64,000 nt of DNA. It comes from an uncultured delta proteobacterium. GTDB lineage: Bacteria; Myxococcota_A; Polyangia; Palsa-1104. Below the pieces are notes generated by a model, which was given only the letters and a program-made list of their open reading frames with translations, was not told the origin of the DNA and did not search any database. Made by a program: the position numbers and the translations under genes. The stretch lies in NCBI GenBank assembly GCA_963785725.1, contig CAWAWS010000002.1, positions 265,703-329,702 of the forward strand. The letters are read 5' to 3'. Of this stretch, positions 40,287 to 47,957 are shown one piece after another. The first letter of the stretch is position 1; every line of letters begins with the position of its first letter.

Positions 40287-40640
40287 TTAGGCTACGGAGT
40301 GCTCGGTAATCGACGGCATCGACAGCTCGCGCATCGGATCCGTCGGCAGCGTCGCGAAGCGCGCGCTCCGCTTCGTCGCCGGCGCCGGCGGATTGAGCGG
40401 CTGCAGCCCGCCCGAGGACGCGCTGACGCGTTCGAGCGGAAGCGGCTGCCAGCCGTATCCGCCGCGCCAACCGGCCACCAGCGCACCGTTGCCGTCGCGC
40501 ACGGTTACCGTCGCCTCGTCACAATACTCATCCCCCGCGCGCCGCATCATCCGAGCCAACACCAACGCCGCCGACTCCGTCTCGGCCAAGCTGGTGTACT
40601 CGAAGCCCCCGCGCTTCCTCGTCGTCACCCTGTAAGGCAT
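40287..40640 (-). CDS. Hypothetical protein
   Basis: 117-aa ORF with weaker codon bias and no recognised motif. Confidence 0.4.
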   Translation of the reverse strand: MPYRVTTRKRGGFEYTSLAETESAALVLARMMRRAGDEYCDEATVTVRDGNGALVAGWRGGYGWQPLPLERVSASSGGLQPLNPPAPATKRSARFATLPTDPMRELSMPSITEHSVA

Positions 40641-40788
40641 GTCCGGTAGCGTCGATTATCTACGAAACACCCAGGTCTGACTGTCTCCTCCCTGACACTC
40701 ATTTCGCCGCATCGCCAACCGCGCGTGAGCAGTTGGGATTTCGTGCGGCTCGGTGACGCTTTGGAGGACGATTTATTGTGCTTGTGTT

Positions 40789-43776
40789 TTAGGGCTTCGT
40801 GTCGGAGCAGCAGCGGAACCCGACATCGGTGTTGGCGAAGGACGCCTTTTGGATGTCGAAGTCGAACTCGCACGAGAGCCCCGTCGACGATTGCGTCGTC
40901 GGCGTCGAGTAGGCGCCGCCGCGCAGCTTGAGGTAGACGAAGCTCCAGGCGATGGTCGCCGGCGACGCCTGCGTCACGCCGCTCGGGTTGCTGATGACCA
41001 CCGACGTCGACGACAAGACGCTGACGATGGTGAAGGTGCCGTTGTTGGCCGGGTTGGTCGCGTTCGAGAGGACGAGCTGCGCGCCGGCGTCGGTGTTGTA
41101 GATGTTGGTGAGGCCGTTGACCGTGACCTGCCCGGCCGACGGGCCGGCGACGATCGTGGCGGCGCTGCCCGACTTCAAGCTGACCTGCGTCGACGTCCAC
41201 TCCATCAAGTTGCCCGACAGATCGTGCGACTGGCTGCCCCCGACGGTCGAGTAGCAGAAGTTGGTCGTGCCCGAAGCGGTGCCGGCGACGCCCGCGGGCC
41301 AGGCGCCCGAGCCCGAGCAGATGCCGGCCGTGCAGGTGAAGCCAGCGTTGCAGTCGGCGTTGCCGCCGCAGGTGCATTGGCCGCTGGCGTTGCAGCCGTT
41401 CGTCGGGCAAGTCGGCGGCGTCTTCGTGTAGTCGCACTTGGACGAGAGGCACTGCGAGTTGGCGCTGCAGCGCTGATCACCCTCTTGGCTGTCGTTGCAG
41501 ATGCCGGCGGCGTAGCTGGTGTTCGACGCCGACATCGAGTAGTGCGTGCCCGAGGTCGCGTTGGCGTTGCAGGTCTCCGTCCATTCCCAGGCCGTGCACA
41601 AACGACCGATGGAGTTGCCGTTCGTGTCCTTGATACCGGCGCAGGCGGCCGCCGCTTGCGCTTCGGTCACGTTCGACCACGGCAGCGTGCCGGCGTTGGC
41701 GCAGGCGCGCGTCGACTGCGCGCCGGGCGAGACGCCGGTCGCGTCCGGTCGCGAGGCTTCGTAGGCGTACACATAGACGGTGTGCGCCGCTTGGCCGGTG
41801 ACGGGATCGGCGGCGACGCTGATTTGCACCGTCGGATCGTGCCAGCCCTGATAGGTGGTCGTGCCGATGGTGGCGGTGGTCGGCTCGTCGATGAGGCCGT
41901 TGCAGTCGTCGTCCTTGCCGTTGCAGAGCTCGTTCGACGCCTTGGTGTTGTCGGCGGTGGCCGAGCAGGCCTGCTCGTCGTTGTACGCCAGCGTCGCCAC
42001 CGACTTCTGGCACGTGATGGGCCCGGTCGTTTGGCAGACGCCGTTGCCGGCTTTGCACGTCGTGGCCGCGCGTATGTTGGTGCAGCCGGCCGTCGACACG
42101 GCGACGCCGGGGAAGTTCTCGTCGCAGGCGCCGTTGCAGTTGTTGTCGAGGTTGTCGCACTGCTGCTCGATCGAGGCCAAGTTGCCGCCGGTGAGGCTGA
42201 TGTTGGGGACGCCCGAGTAGTCGCACTTGTAGCCGGCGGCGCCGAAGCACTTGGTTTGCAGCGGCTGACCGGCGCACACGCCCAGGTTGCTGCACAAAGA
42301 CGGACCGGTCAGGCCGTTGTCGATGCAGCCGTCGCAGTCGTTGTCCTTGCCGTCGCAGATTTCGGGCGAGACCGGGCTCGACGGGCAGTTGTAGTTGCAG
42401 CCGAGGCCGGTCGTCGTCGTCGTCGAGTTTTCGGTGCCGCTGACGGTGACGTCGCACGTCGGTGTCGTCGTCGACGAGTCCTTGTGCGAGACGAAGTACC
42501 AGCCGGCGTTGCAGCTGACGACCTTGCACGTGCCGACGGCGGCGCCGCCGAGAAGCTGGCAGCCGTTGGTCGCGTTGGGCAGCGCGCAGACGTCGCCGCA
42601 GCCGCCGCAGTTCTTGGCGTCGCTGTCGTAGTGCGGCGCGCCGTTGCTGGCCCAGGTGCTGGTGAAGCCGTTGTCGATCTTGCCGTCGCAGTCGTTGTCT
42701 TTGCCGTCGCAGGTCTCGGGCGACGGGCCGAGCGAGCCTTGGCAGGTCAAGCCGCCGTTGACGCAGGCGAGCGTGCCGGCCGCGCACTGGCCCTGGCAGT
42801 TGCCGGGTGCCGGGTTGTCGCTGCACTGCTTGCCGGCGGAGCCGTCGGGGCAGCGGCCGCCGAGACCGGGATCGGTCAAGTTGTCGTCGGCCACGAAGTC
42901 GCAGTCGTCGTCGATGCCGTTGCACACCTCTTTCGGGAAGGTGCAGGCACCGTTGGGGTTGCAGTCGGTGCCGCTCTGCGTGGCCGCGATCGGGCAGTGG
43001 TACTCGCAGCCGGTGACGTTGATCGCGCCCGCCGCCGGGTTGTGGCGATAGGTCTGATGATTGCCGGCCGAGTCGTTGCCGTTGAAGCAGGCTTTGACGT
43101 CGCACTTGCCGCGACCGGCGTTCGTCGCGTCGGGATCGCAGGACATGACCGTGCCCGCGCCCAAGCTGCACACGACGGCGCACTGGCCACAATTGTTGAT
43201 GTCGCTGTCGTAGAGCGGGTTCTGATGGGCGGCGTCGGACCAGGTTTTGGTGAAGCCTTCGTCGACCTGGCCGTCGCAGTTGTTGTCCTTGCCGTCGCAG
43301 ATTTCGACGCCGTTGTTGCTCGGCGTGCAGACGTACTCGCAGCCGTTGGCCGGGTTGCCGTCGAGGTTGATGTGGCCCGGCTGGCACGCGCCGATCGAGC
43401 ACGCCGGCGGCGTGCCGCCGCACACACCGAAGGCGTTGGGATACGAGCACTCGTTGAAGCACATGCCGCAGTTGTTGGGATCGTTGGCCAGCTTGGACGG
43501 CGGCACGTCGTCGATGATGCCGTTGCAGTCGTTGTCGATGTGGTCGCAGATCTCGACGCCGCCGTTGGTCGGCACGCAGGCGCCGTTGGGGTTCTCCATG
43601 TCGATGCCGGGCGACAGATCGATCGTCGCGCCGGTCAGGTCGGGCGGCGGCAAGAGGTCGGCGGGCGCGATGACGCCGTTGCCCGAGTCCTTGCAGTTGA
43701 GGCAGTACGGCTCCGATTTGCAGCCGGCCGCGACGAACACGATCGTCGACAGCCAGGCGAAGGTCAGCGCTCTCAT
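40789..43776 (-). CDS. Cys-rich lipoprotein with MopE-related metal-binding repeats and C-terminal FGE/SUMF1-like (C-type lectin fold) domain
   Basis: Lipobox VAAGC; seven ExCDGxDNDCDGxxD-type repeats; three DxxNCGxC repeats; YEAS, PW.NVT..QA..AC, RLCT..EW, DLSGNLMEW, RGGAY, VGFRCC. Confidence 0.85.
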   Translation of the reverse strand: MRALTFAWLSTIVFVAAGCKSEPYCLNCKDSGNGVIAPADLLPPPDLTGATIDLSPGIDMENPNGACVPTNGGVEICDHIDNDCNGIIDDVPPSKLANDPNNCGMCFNECSYPNAFGVCGGTPPACSIGACQPGHINLDGNPANGCEYVCTPSNNGVEICDGKDNNCDGQVDEGFTKTWSDAAHQNPLYDSDINNCGQCAVVCSLGAGTVMSCDPDATNAGRGKCDVKACFNGNDSAGNHQTYRHNPAAGAINVTGCEYHCPIAATQSGTDCNPNGACTFPKEVCNGIDDDCDFVADDNLTDPGLGGRCPDGSAGKQCSDNPAPGNCQGQCAAGTLACVNGGLTCQGSLGPSPETCDGKDNDCDGKIDNGFTSTWASNGAPHYDSDAKNCGGCGDVCALPNATNGCQLLGGAAVGTCKVVSCNAGWYFVSHKDSSTTTPTCDVTVSGTENSTTTTTGLGCNYNCPSSPVSPEICDGKDNDCDGCIDNGLTGPSLCSNLGVCAGQPLQTKCFGAAGYKCDYSGVPNISLTGGNLASIEQQCDNLDNNCNGACDENFPGVAVSTAGCTNIRAATTCKAGNGVCQTTGPITCQKSVATLAYNDEQACSATADNTKASNELCNGKDDDCNGLIDEPTTATIGTTTYQGWHDPTVQISVAADPVTGQAAHTVYVYAYEASRPDATGVSPGAQSTRACANAGTLPWSNVTEAQAAAACAGIKDTNGNSIGRLCTAWEWTETCNANATSGTHYSMSASNTSYAAGICNDSQEGDQRCSANSQCLSSKCDYTKTPPTCPTNGCNASGQCTCGGNADCNAGFTCTAGICSGSGAWPAGVAGTASGTTNFCYSTVGGSQSHDLSGNLMEWTSTQVSLKSGSAATIVAGPSAGQVTVNGLTNIYNTDAGAQLVLSNATNPANNGTFTIVSVLSSTSVVISNPSGVTQASPATIAWSFVYLKLRGGAYSTPTTQSSTGLSCEFDFDIQKASFANTDVGFRCCSDTKP

Positions 43777-46700
43777 CGCTGCACCTCCGCGCGGCGACGC
43801 CGGCGCAACGCCAGCGCGCCGAACACGAGCAGCAGCCACGCGGCCGAGTTGGGCGCGCTCGCCGGGCCGGACACGGCGCAGCTGAAGCCGCCGCCGCCGG
43901 CGCCGACGACTTGATCGGTCGCGCCGGCCGGGTTCGTCTCGCAGAAGCCGGCGCACGACGCGTTCACCGAGCAGTGCGTGTCACTCGGGCAGTGCAGCGA
44001 CACGCAGGGATCGGCGATGCAGGAGCCGCCGCAGCAGGCTTGACCGCTGTTGCAGCCGCCGATGCACTCGTTCTCGACGCAGACGCCGACGCCGTTGGTG
44101 ACGTTGCAGGACTGACCCTCCTGGCAGTTGACGCCGCCGCACGGATCGTCGACGCACTTGCCGTCCTGGCAGAATTGACCGCTCGCGCACGGGCCCTTGC
44201 AGATGGGGACGCACTGGCCGTTCTGGCAGAACTCGTCGCCGGTGCAGGTGACGTTGGCGCACGGATCCATCTGGCAGTTGGCGCCGGCGACCGGGTCGTT
44301 GACGCAGATTTCGCCGTCGGGGCAGCCTTGCGTGCGGCAGGAGCCGTCGACGCAGACGCCGAGCTGGCAGATGTACGTCGCCGGGCAGGTGACGGTGGCG
44401 CACGGGTCGATGCACTGCGCGGCGCCGCTGGCGTCGACGGAGCAGGTGTCGCCCTTCGGGCAGTTGGCCTTGGCGCAGACGTCGGGCACGCACAAGTTCG
44501 TCGACGGCTGGCAGATGAAGCCGCCGGGGCACGGGAACTCGCCCGCGGTGCACGGCTGCACGCAGTTGCCTTGGTAGCACTGGAAGCCGCTCGGGCAGTT
44601 GCCGTTGGTGTTGGTGGTGCCGGTGCAATCGGTGGAAATGCCGTTGCACTGGTTCGGCTGCGGACCGACCGCGCCTTCGCAATCGATCATGCCGGCGACG
44701 CAGACGGTGAGGCCGGCTTTGCACGGCGGCTGATCGGCCGGCGGCACGGGCGCGTCGCAGCTGACGCCTACGCCGGGCAGCTGGCCGCTCGCGGGCGCCA
44801 ACGGCGGGTTGGTGTCGTCGATCTGGCCGTTGCAGTTGTCGTCGATGCCGTTGCAGGTCTCCGGCGTCGGGCCGACGGTCTGCACGCACACCGGCGACTG
44901 CGGGCTCGTCGGCGAGCTGTTGGCCGGGCACTCGAGCACCGCCTTGCAGGCGCCGCCGAGCAAGATGCCGGCGCCGGTGCAGGGCGTGCCCACGCCGGGG
45001 ACGTCGTCGATGGGGCCGTCGCAGTCGTTGTCGACGGTGTCGCAGACCTCGGGCGACTTGGAGACGGCGCCGACGCAGGTGCGCACGCCGGCGGTGCAGC
45101 TGCCGGCCTTCTGGAAGCACTGCCAGGTGCCGGTGTGGCAGCGCGTGCCGGTGCCGGTGTTCTGGCAGTCGGCGATATTTCCCGTCGGGCAGCAGGCCGT
45201 GTTCAGCCACGAATCGGTGGGGGCGTTGTCGATGCAGCCGTTGCAGTCGTCGTCGACGCCGTTGCAGGTCTCGGCGATGGGGCCGATGCCGCCGATGCAG
45301 CTGCCGTAGACCGGCGTCGGATTCGGGCACGCCTTGCCGGCGGGCCAGCCGGCCGGGCAGCCGGCGCTGCCGCTCGGCAAGGGCACGGTGGCGCAGGCTT
45401 CGGTGCCGGCGTGGCAGGCGCCGACGCCGGCGAGGCCGGGCGGGAACGACTGCCCCGACTGCTGATCGACGTAGCAGGCGATGGGCGGGTCGTCGTTGGC
45501 GACGCCGTTGCAGTTGTCGTCGGTGCCGTCGCACAGGTCGAGCGGCTTGGGATAGCCGGGATTGCCGCCGAGGCACCACAAGGCGTCGGTCGTGCCGTTG
45601 AGCTTGCAGGTGCTCACGTTGGGATCGGACGCGCAGCACTCGGTGACGCCGGGCGCGCAGTCGCCGACGTTGTTGCCGCAGGCGAGGCCGGTGTCGATGA
45701 GGTTGTTGTCGATGACGCCGTCGCAGTCGTCGTCGCAGTTGTTGCACGTCTCGGGGTGCGGGCTGCCGCCGGCGCAGGCCGGGCACTGCTTGCAGTTCGT
45801 GCACGTGCCGGCGGCGCCGTTGACGCAGTCGTCGATGACCCCGTCGCAGTCGTTATCGATGCCGTCGCAGATTTCGACGCCCGGGCACAGCTTGGGCACG
45901 GCCCACAGCGCGGTGCCGGCGACGGCGGTGGCGTTCACGAACGTGATCGTCGTGCCGGTGGCGGCGGTGATCGTGAACGGCCCGCCGTTGTCGCCCGCGG
46001 GGCCGTTGACGACGTAGATGGCGTCGCCGACGCCGATTTCGGTGGGCACGCCGCCGGCCGGCGTCAACACCTCGTTCGTACCGTTGACGGTGATGGTGGC
46101 CGTGCCTTGCAGCGACGTGAGGCCGTACGCGGCGTTGGTCGCCGTGTCAGCGGCGGCGCCCGCGTTCGTCAGGTCGACGGTGTTGTTGCCGACGGCGCTG
46201 ATGACGAAGACGCCGTTGTTGGCCGCGGCCGACGCCCCGTTGACGTAGAGCAGCTGCCCGACCGCCGACGCGCCCAAGCCGCTGACGCCGGTCAAATGCT
46301 CCTTGCCGGCGACGAGCGAAACGGCGGCGCCGAGCGCGCCGGTGCAGGTCTGCGCGCTGCACACTTGGCTCAGCTGATCGGTCGAGCACTGGAAGATGCC
46401 GGTGTCGTTGCAGTGCGTGCCGGTGGGCCAGCCGTTGTTGCACGTGGCCGCGGCGCGCGGACCGTTCGTGCACGTGGGCAGGCCGGGGATGGCGACGCCG
46501 GGGAAGTTTTCATCGCACTGGCCGTTGCAGTTGTCGTCGATGCCGTTGCACTTCTCGACGAGGACGGAGCTGGAGACGATGTCGGCGAGCGCGGCCTCGA
46601 TGTCCTGCTGCGAGTTGGCGAGGCGCGCCGAGCCGGTGCCGCCGGCCTTGGCGATGGCGTCGAGCGTGCTGTTGGAGTTGTTGCCGAAGGCCAAGCCGAC

Positions 46701-47957
46701 GACGTAGACCTTGTTGATCGCCTTGGCGCCGGCGACGGTGGCGGCGACGAACGAGCCGGCGGCGGCGACAGGCCCGTTGGTGGTGTCGTAGTCGCAGCTG
46801 TCGAAGCCGTCGGTCATCTGCACGAGCACGTACGGGCGACAGGTGATCTGGGTGTCGAGGGTCTCGCCGTTCGTGCCGGTGGCGATGTTGTTGTACCAGC
46901 TGGCGGCGGCGCGCGCGGCGCCGGCCAGCGGCGTGCCACCGACGGCGCGCAGCTCGGGGTTCACCGGGATGCCGGCGAGGTTGCCGGCGAGCGCCTCGAT
47001 GCCGTCGACATACGGCAGCACCGCGCCGCTGGAGTTGGCCGTGCTCGGGTCGACGAGGATCTGGCCGCCCGGGCTGCGGCAGCTCTCGTTGAACACGCAG
47101 GTGTTGGCGGAGCAGGTCCAGATGGCGGTCGTGCCGTCGTTGCCGACGGTGTTGGGGCAGCTGAAGCCGCCGCCGCACTTGCAGACCTTGGCGCCGCTCG
47201 TGGCGATGGCCACGCACGAGCCGGCCGCGCCGCCGTTGCAATCGGCGTCGCTGTAGCAGACTTGCGGCGTGGCGCAGGCGGTGGTGTTGGCGTTGTTGTT
47301 GGTGCCGCAGGTGCCGCTGTAGGTCAGCGTGTTGCCGTTGGTGGTGTTGCCGGTCGGGCGATTGGTGCAGGTGCCGCCTTGCGTGCGCGTGCTGCCGTAG
47401 CCGGCGGTCTCGCCGCCGCTGACGCTCCAATAGGGCGTGCACAAGTTGTTGTCGGTGCGGCACTTGCCGCCGATGCAGAACGAGCCGAGCGCGCAGGTGT
47501 CGTCGGTCGTGCAGTTGCCGGTGCTGTTGCCGGTCGTGTTGGGGACGGCGCAGGTGGTGCCCGTGTAGCGCATGAGGCCCCAGTCGATGTCACCCGAGCC
47601 GTTGACGACGTTGGTCACGGCCTGCTTGGCGGCGTACATGCGGCTGTTGACGCCGTCGTACAGCGTCGCCGCGGTCGCGCCGCCGCAGGTCAGCGTGCCG
47701 GTCTCGAAGCCGGTATAGAGGCCCAAGTTGAAGTTGGTCGACTGCGAGCGCGTCATGACCGCGTCGCTGTAGAGCGTCGAGCCGTCACCGCCCGTCGACG
47801 TCGTGTCGGTGAAGTGCTCCGTCATCGAGCCCGACGTGTCGACCATGATGAGCACGCGCGGCTTGATTTGGTTGGTCTGCGCCGCCGCCGGCCGCGCACC
47901 GCCCACGATCAACAGTCCCCCGACCACGAGGCCCAATCCCACACGACGCATGTTCAT
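43773..47957 (-). CDS. VWA-domain, Cys-rich repeat surface protein with MYXO-CTERM sorting signal
   Basis: Signal peptide; MIDAS elements VDTSGS, GGTPL, MTDG; seven MopE-related repeats; DPCxxVxC repeats; tail GGGFSCAV..AAWLLLVFGALALRRRRR. Confidence 0.87.
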   Translation of the reverse strand: MNMRRVGLGLVVGGLLIVGGARPAAAQTNQIKPRVLIMVDTSGSMTEHFTDTTSTGGDGSTLYSDAVMTRSQSTNFNLGLYTGFETGTLTCGGATAATLYDGVNSRMYAAKQAVTNVVNGSGDIDWGLMRYTGTTCAVPNTTGNSTGNCTTDDTCALGSFCIGGKCRTDNNLCTPYWSVSGGETAGYGSTRTQGGTCTNRPTGNTTNGNTLTYSGTCGTNNNANTTACATPQVCYSDADCNGGAAGSCVAIATSGAKVCKCGGGFSCPNTVGNDGTTAIWTCSANTCVFNESCRSPGGQILVDPSTANSSGAVLPYVDGIEALAGNLAGIPVNPELRAVGGTPLAGAARAAASWYNNIATGTNGETLDTQITCRPYVLVQMTDGFDSCDYDTTNGPVAAAGSFVAATVAGAKAINKVYVVGLAFGNNSNSTLDAIAKAGGTGSARLANSQQDIEAALADIVSSSVLVEKCNGIDDNCNGQCDENFPGVAIPGLPTCTNGPRAAATCNNGWPTGTHCNDTGIFQCSTDQLSQVCSAQTCTGALGAAVSLVAGKEHLTGVSGLGASAVGQLLYVNGASAAANNGVFVISAVGNNTVDLTNAGAAADTATNAAYGLTSLQGTATITVNGTNEVLTPAGGVPTEIGVGDAIYVVNGPAGDNGGPFTITAATGTTITFVNATAVAGTALWAVPKLCPGVEICDGIDNDCDGVIDDCVNGAAGTCTNCKQCPACAGGSPHPETCNNCDDDCDGVIDNNLIDTGLACGNNVGDCAPGVTECCASDPNVSTCKLNGTTDALWCLGGNPGYPKPLDLCDGTDDNCNGVANDDPPIACYVDQQSGQSFPPGLAGVGACHAGTEACATVPLPSGSAGCPAGWPAGKACPNPTPVYGSCIGGIGPIAETCNGVDDDCNGCIDNAPTDSWLNTACCPTGNIADCQNTGTGTRCHTGTWQCFQKAGSCTAGVRTCVGAVSKSPEVCDTVDNDCDGPIDDVPGVGTPCTGAGILLGGACKAVLECPANSSPTSPQSPVCVQTVGPTPETCNGIDDNCNGQIDDTNPPLAPASGQLPGVGVSCDAPVPPADQPPCKAGLTVCVAGMIDCEGAVGPQPNQCNGISTDCTGTTNTNGNCPSGFQCYQGNCVQPCTAGEFPCPGGFICQPSTNLCVPDVCAKANCPKGDTCSVDASGAAQCIDPCATVTCPATYICQLGVCVDGSCRTQGCPDGEICVNDPVAGANCQMDPCANVTCTGDEFCQNGQCVPICKGPCASGQFCQDGKCVDDPCGGVNCQEGQSCNVTNGVGVCVENECIGGCNSGQACCGGSCIADPCVSLHCPSDTHCSVNASCAGFCETNPAGATDQVVGAGGGGFSCAVSGPASAPNSAAWLLLVFGALALRRRRRAEVQR

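Noticed and set aside
40271..40291. Hairpin CCTAGCGC...GCGTTAGG as an intrinsic terminator
   Set aside because: The stem is plausible between convergent genes, but it overlaps a stop codon and lacks a convincing plus-strand U tract.
40640..40930. Diversity-generating retroelement targeting the FGE/C-type-lectin C-terminus
   Set aside because: No template repeat differing at adenines and no reverse transcriptase were seen in the window. A trans-acting DGR elsewhere cannot be excluded.
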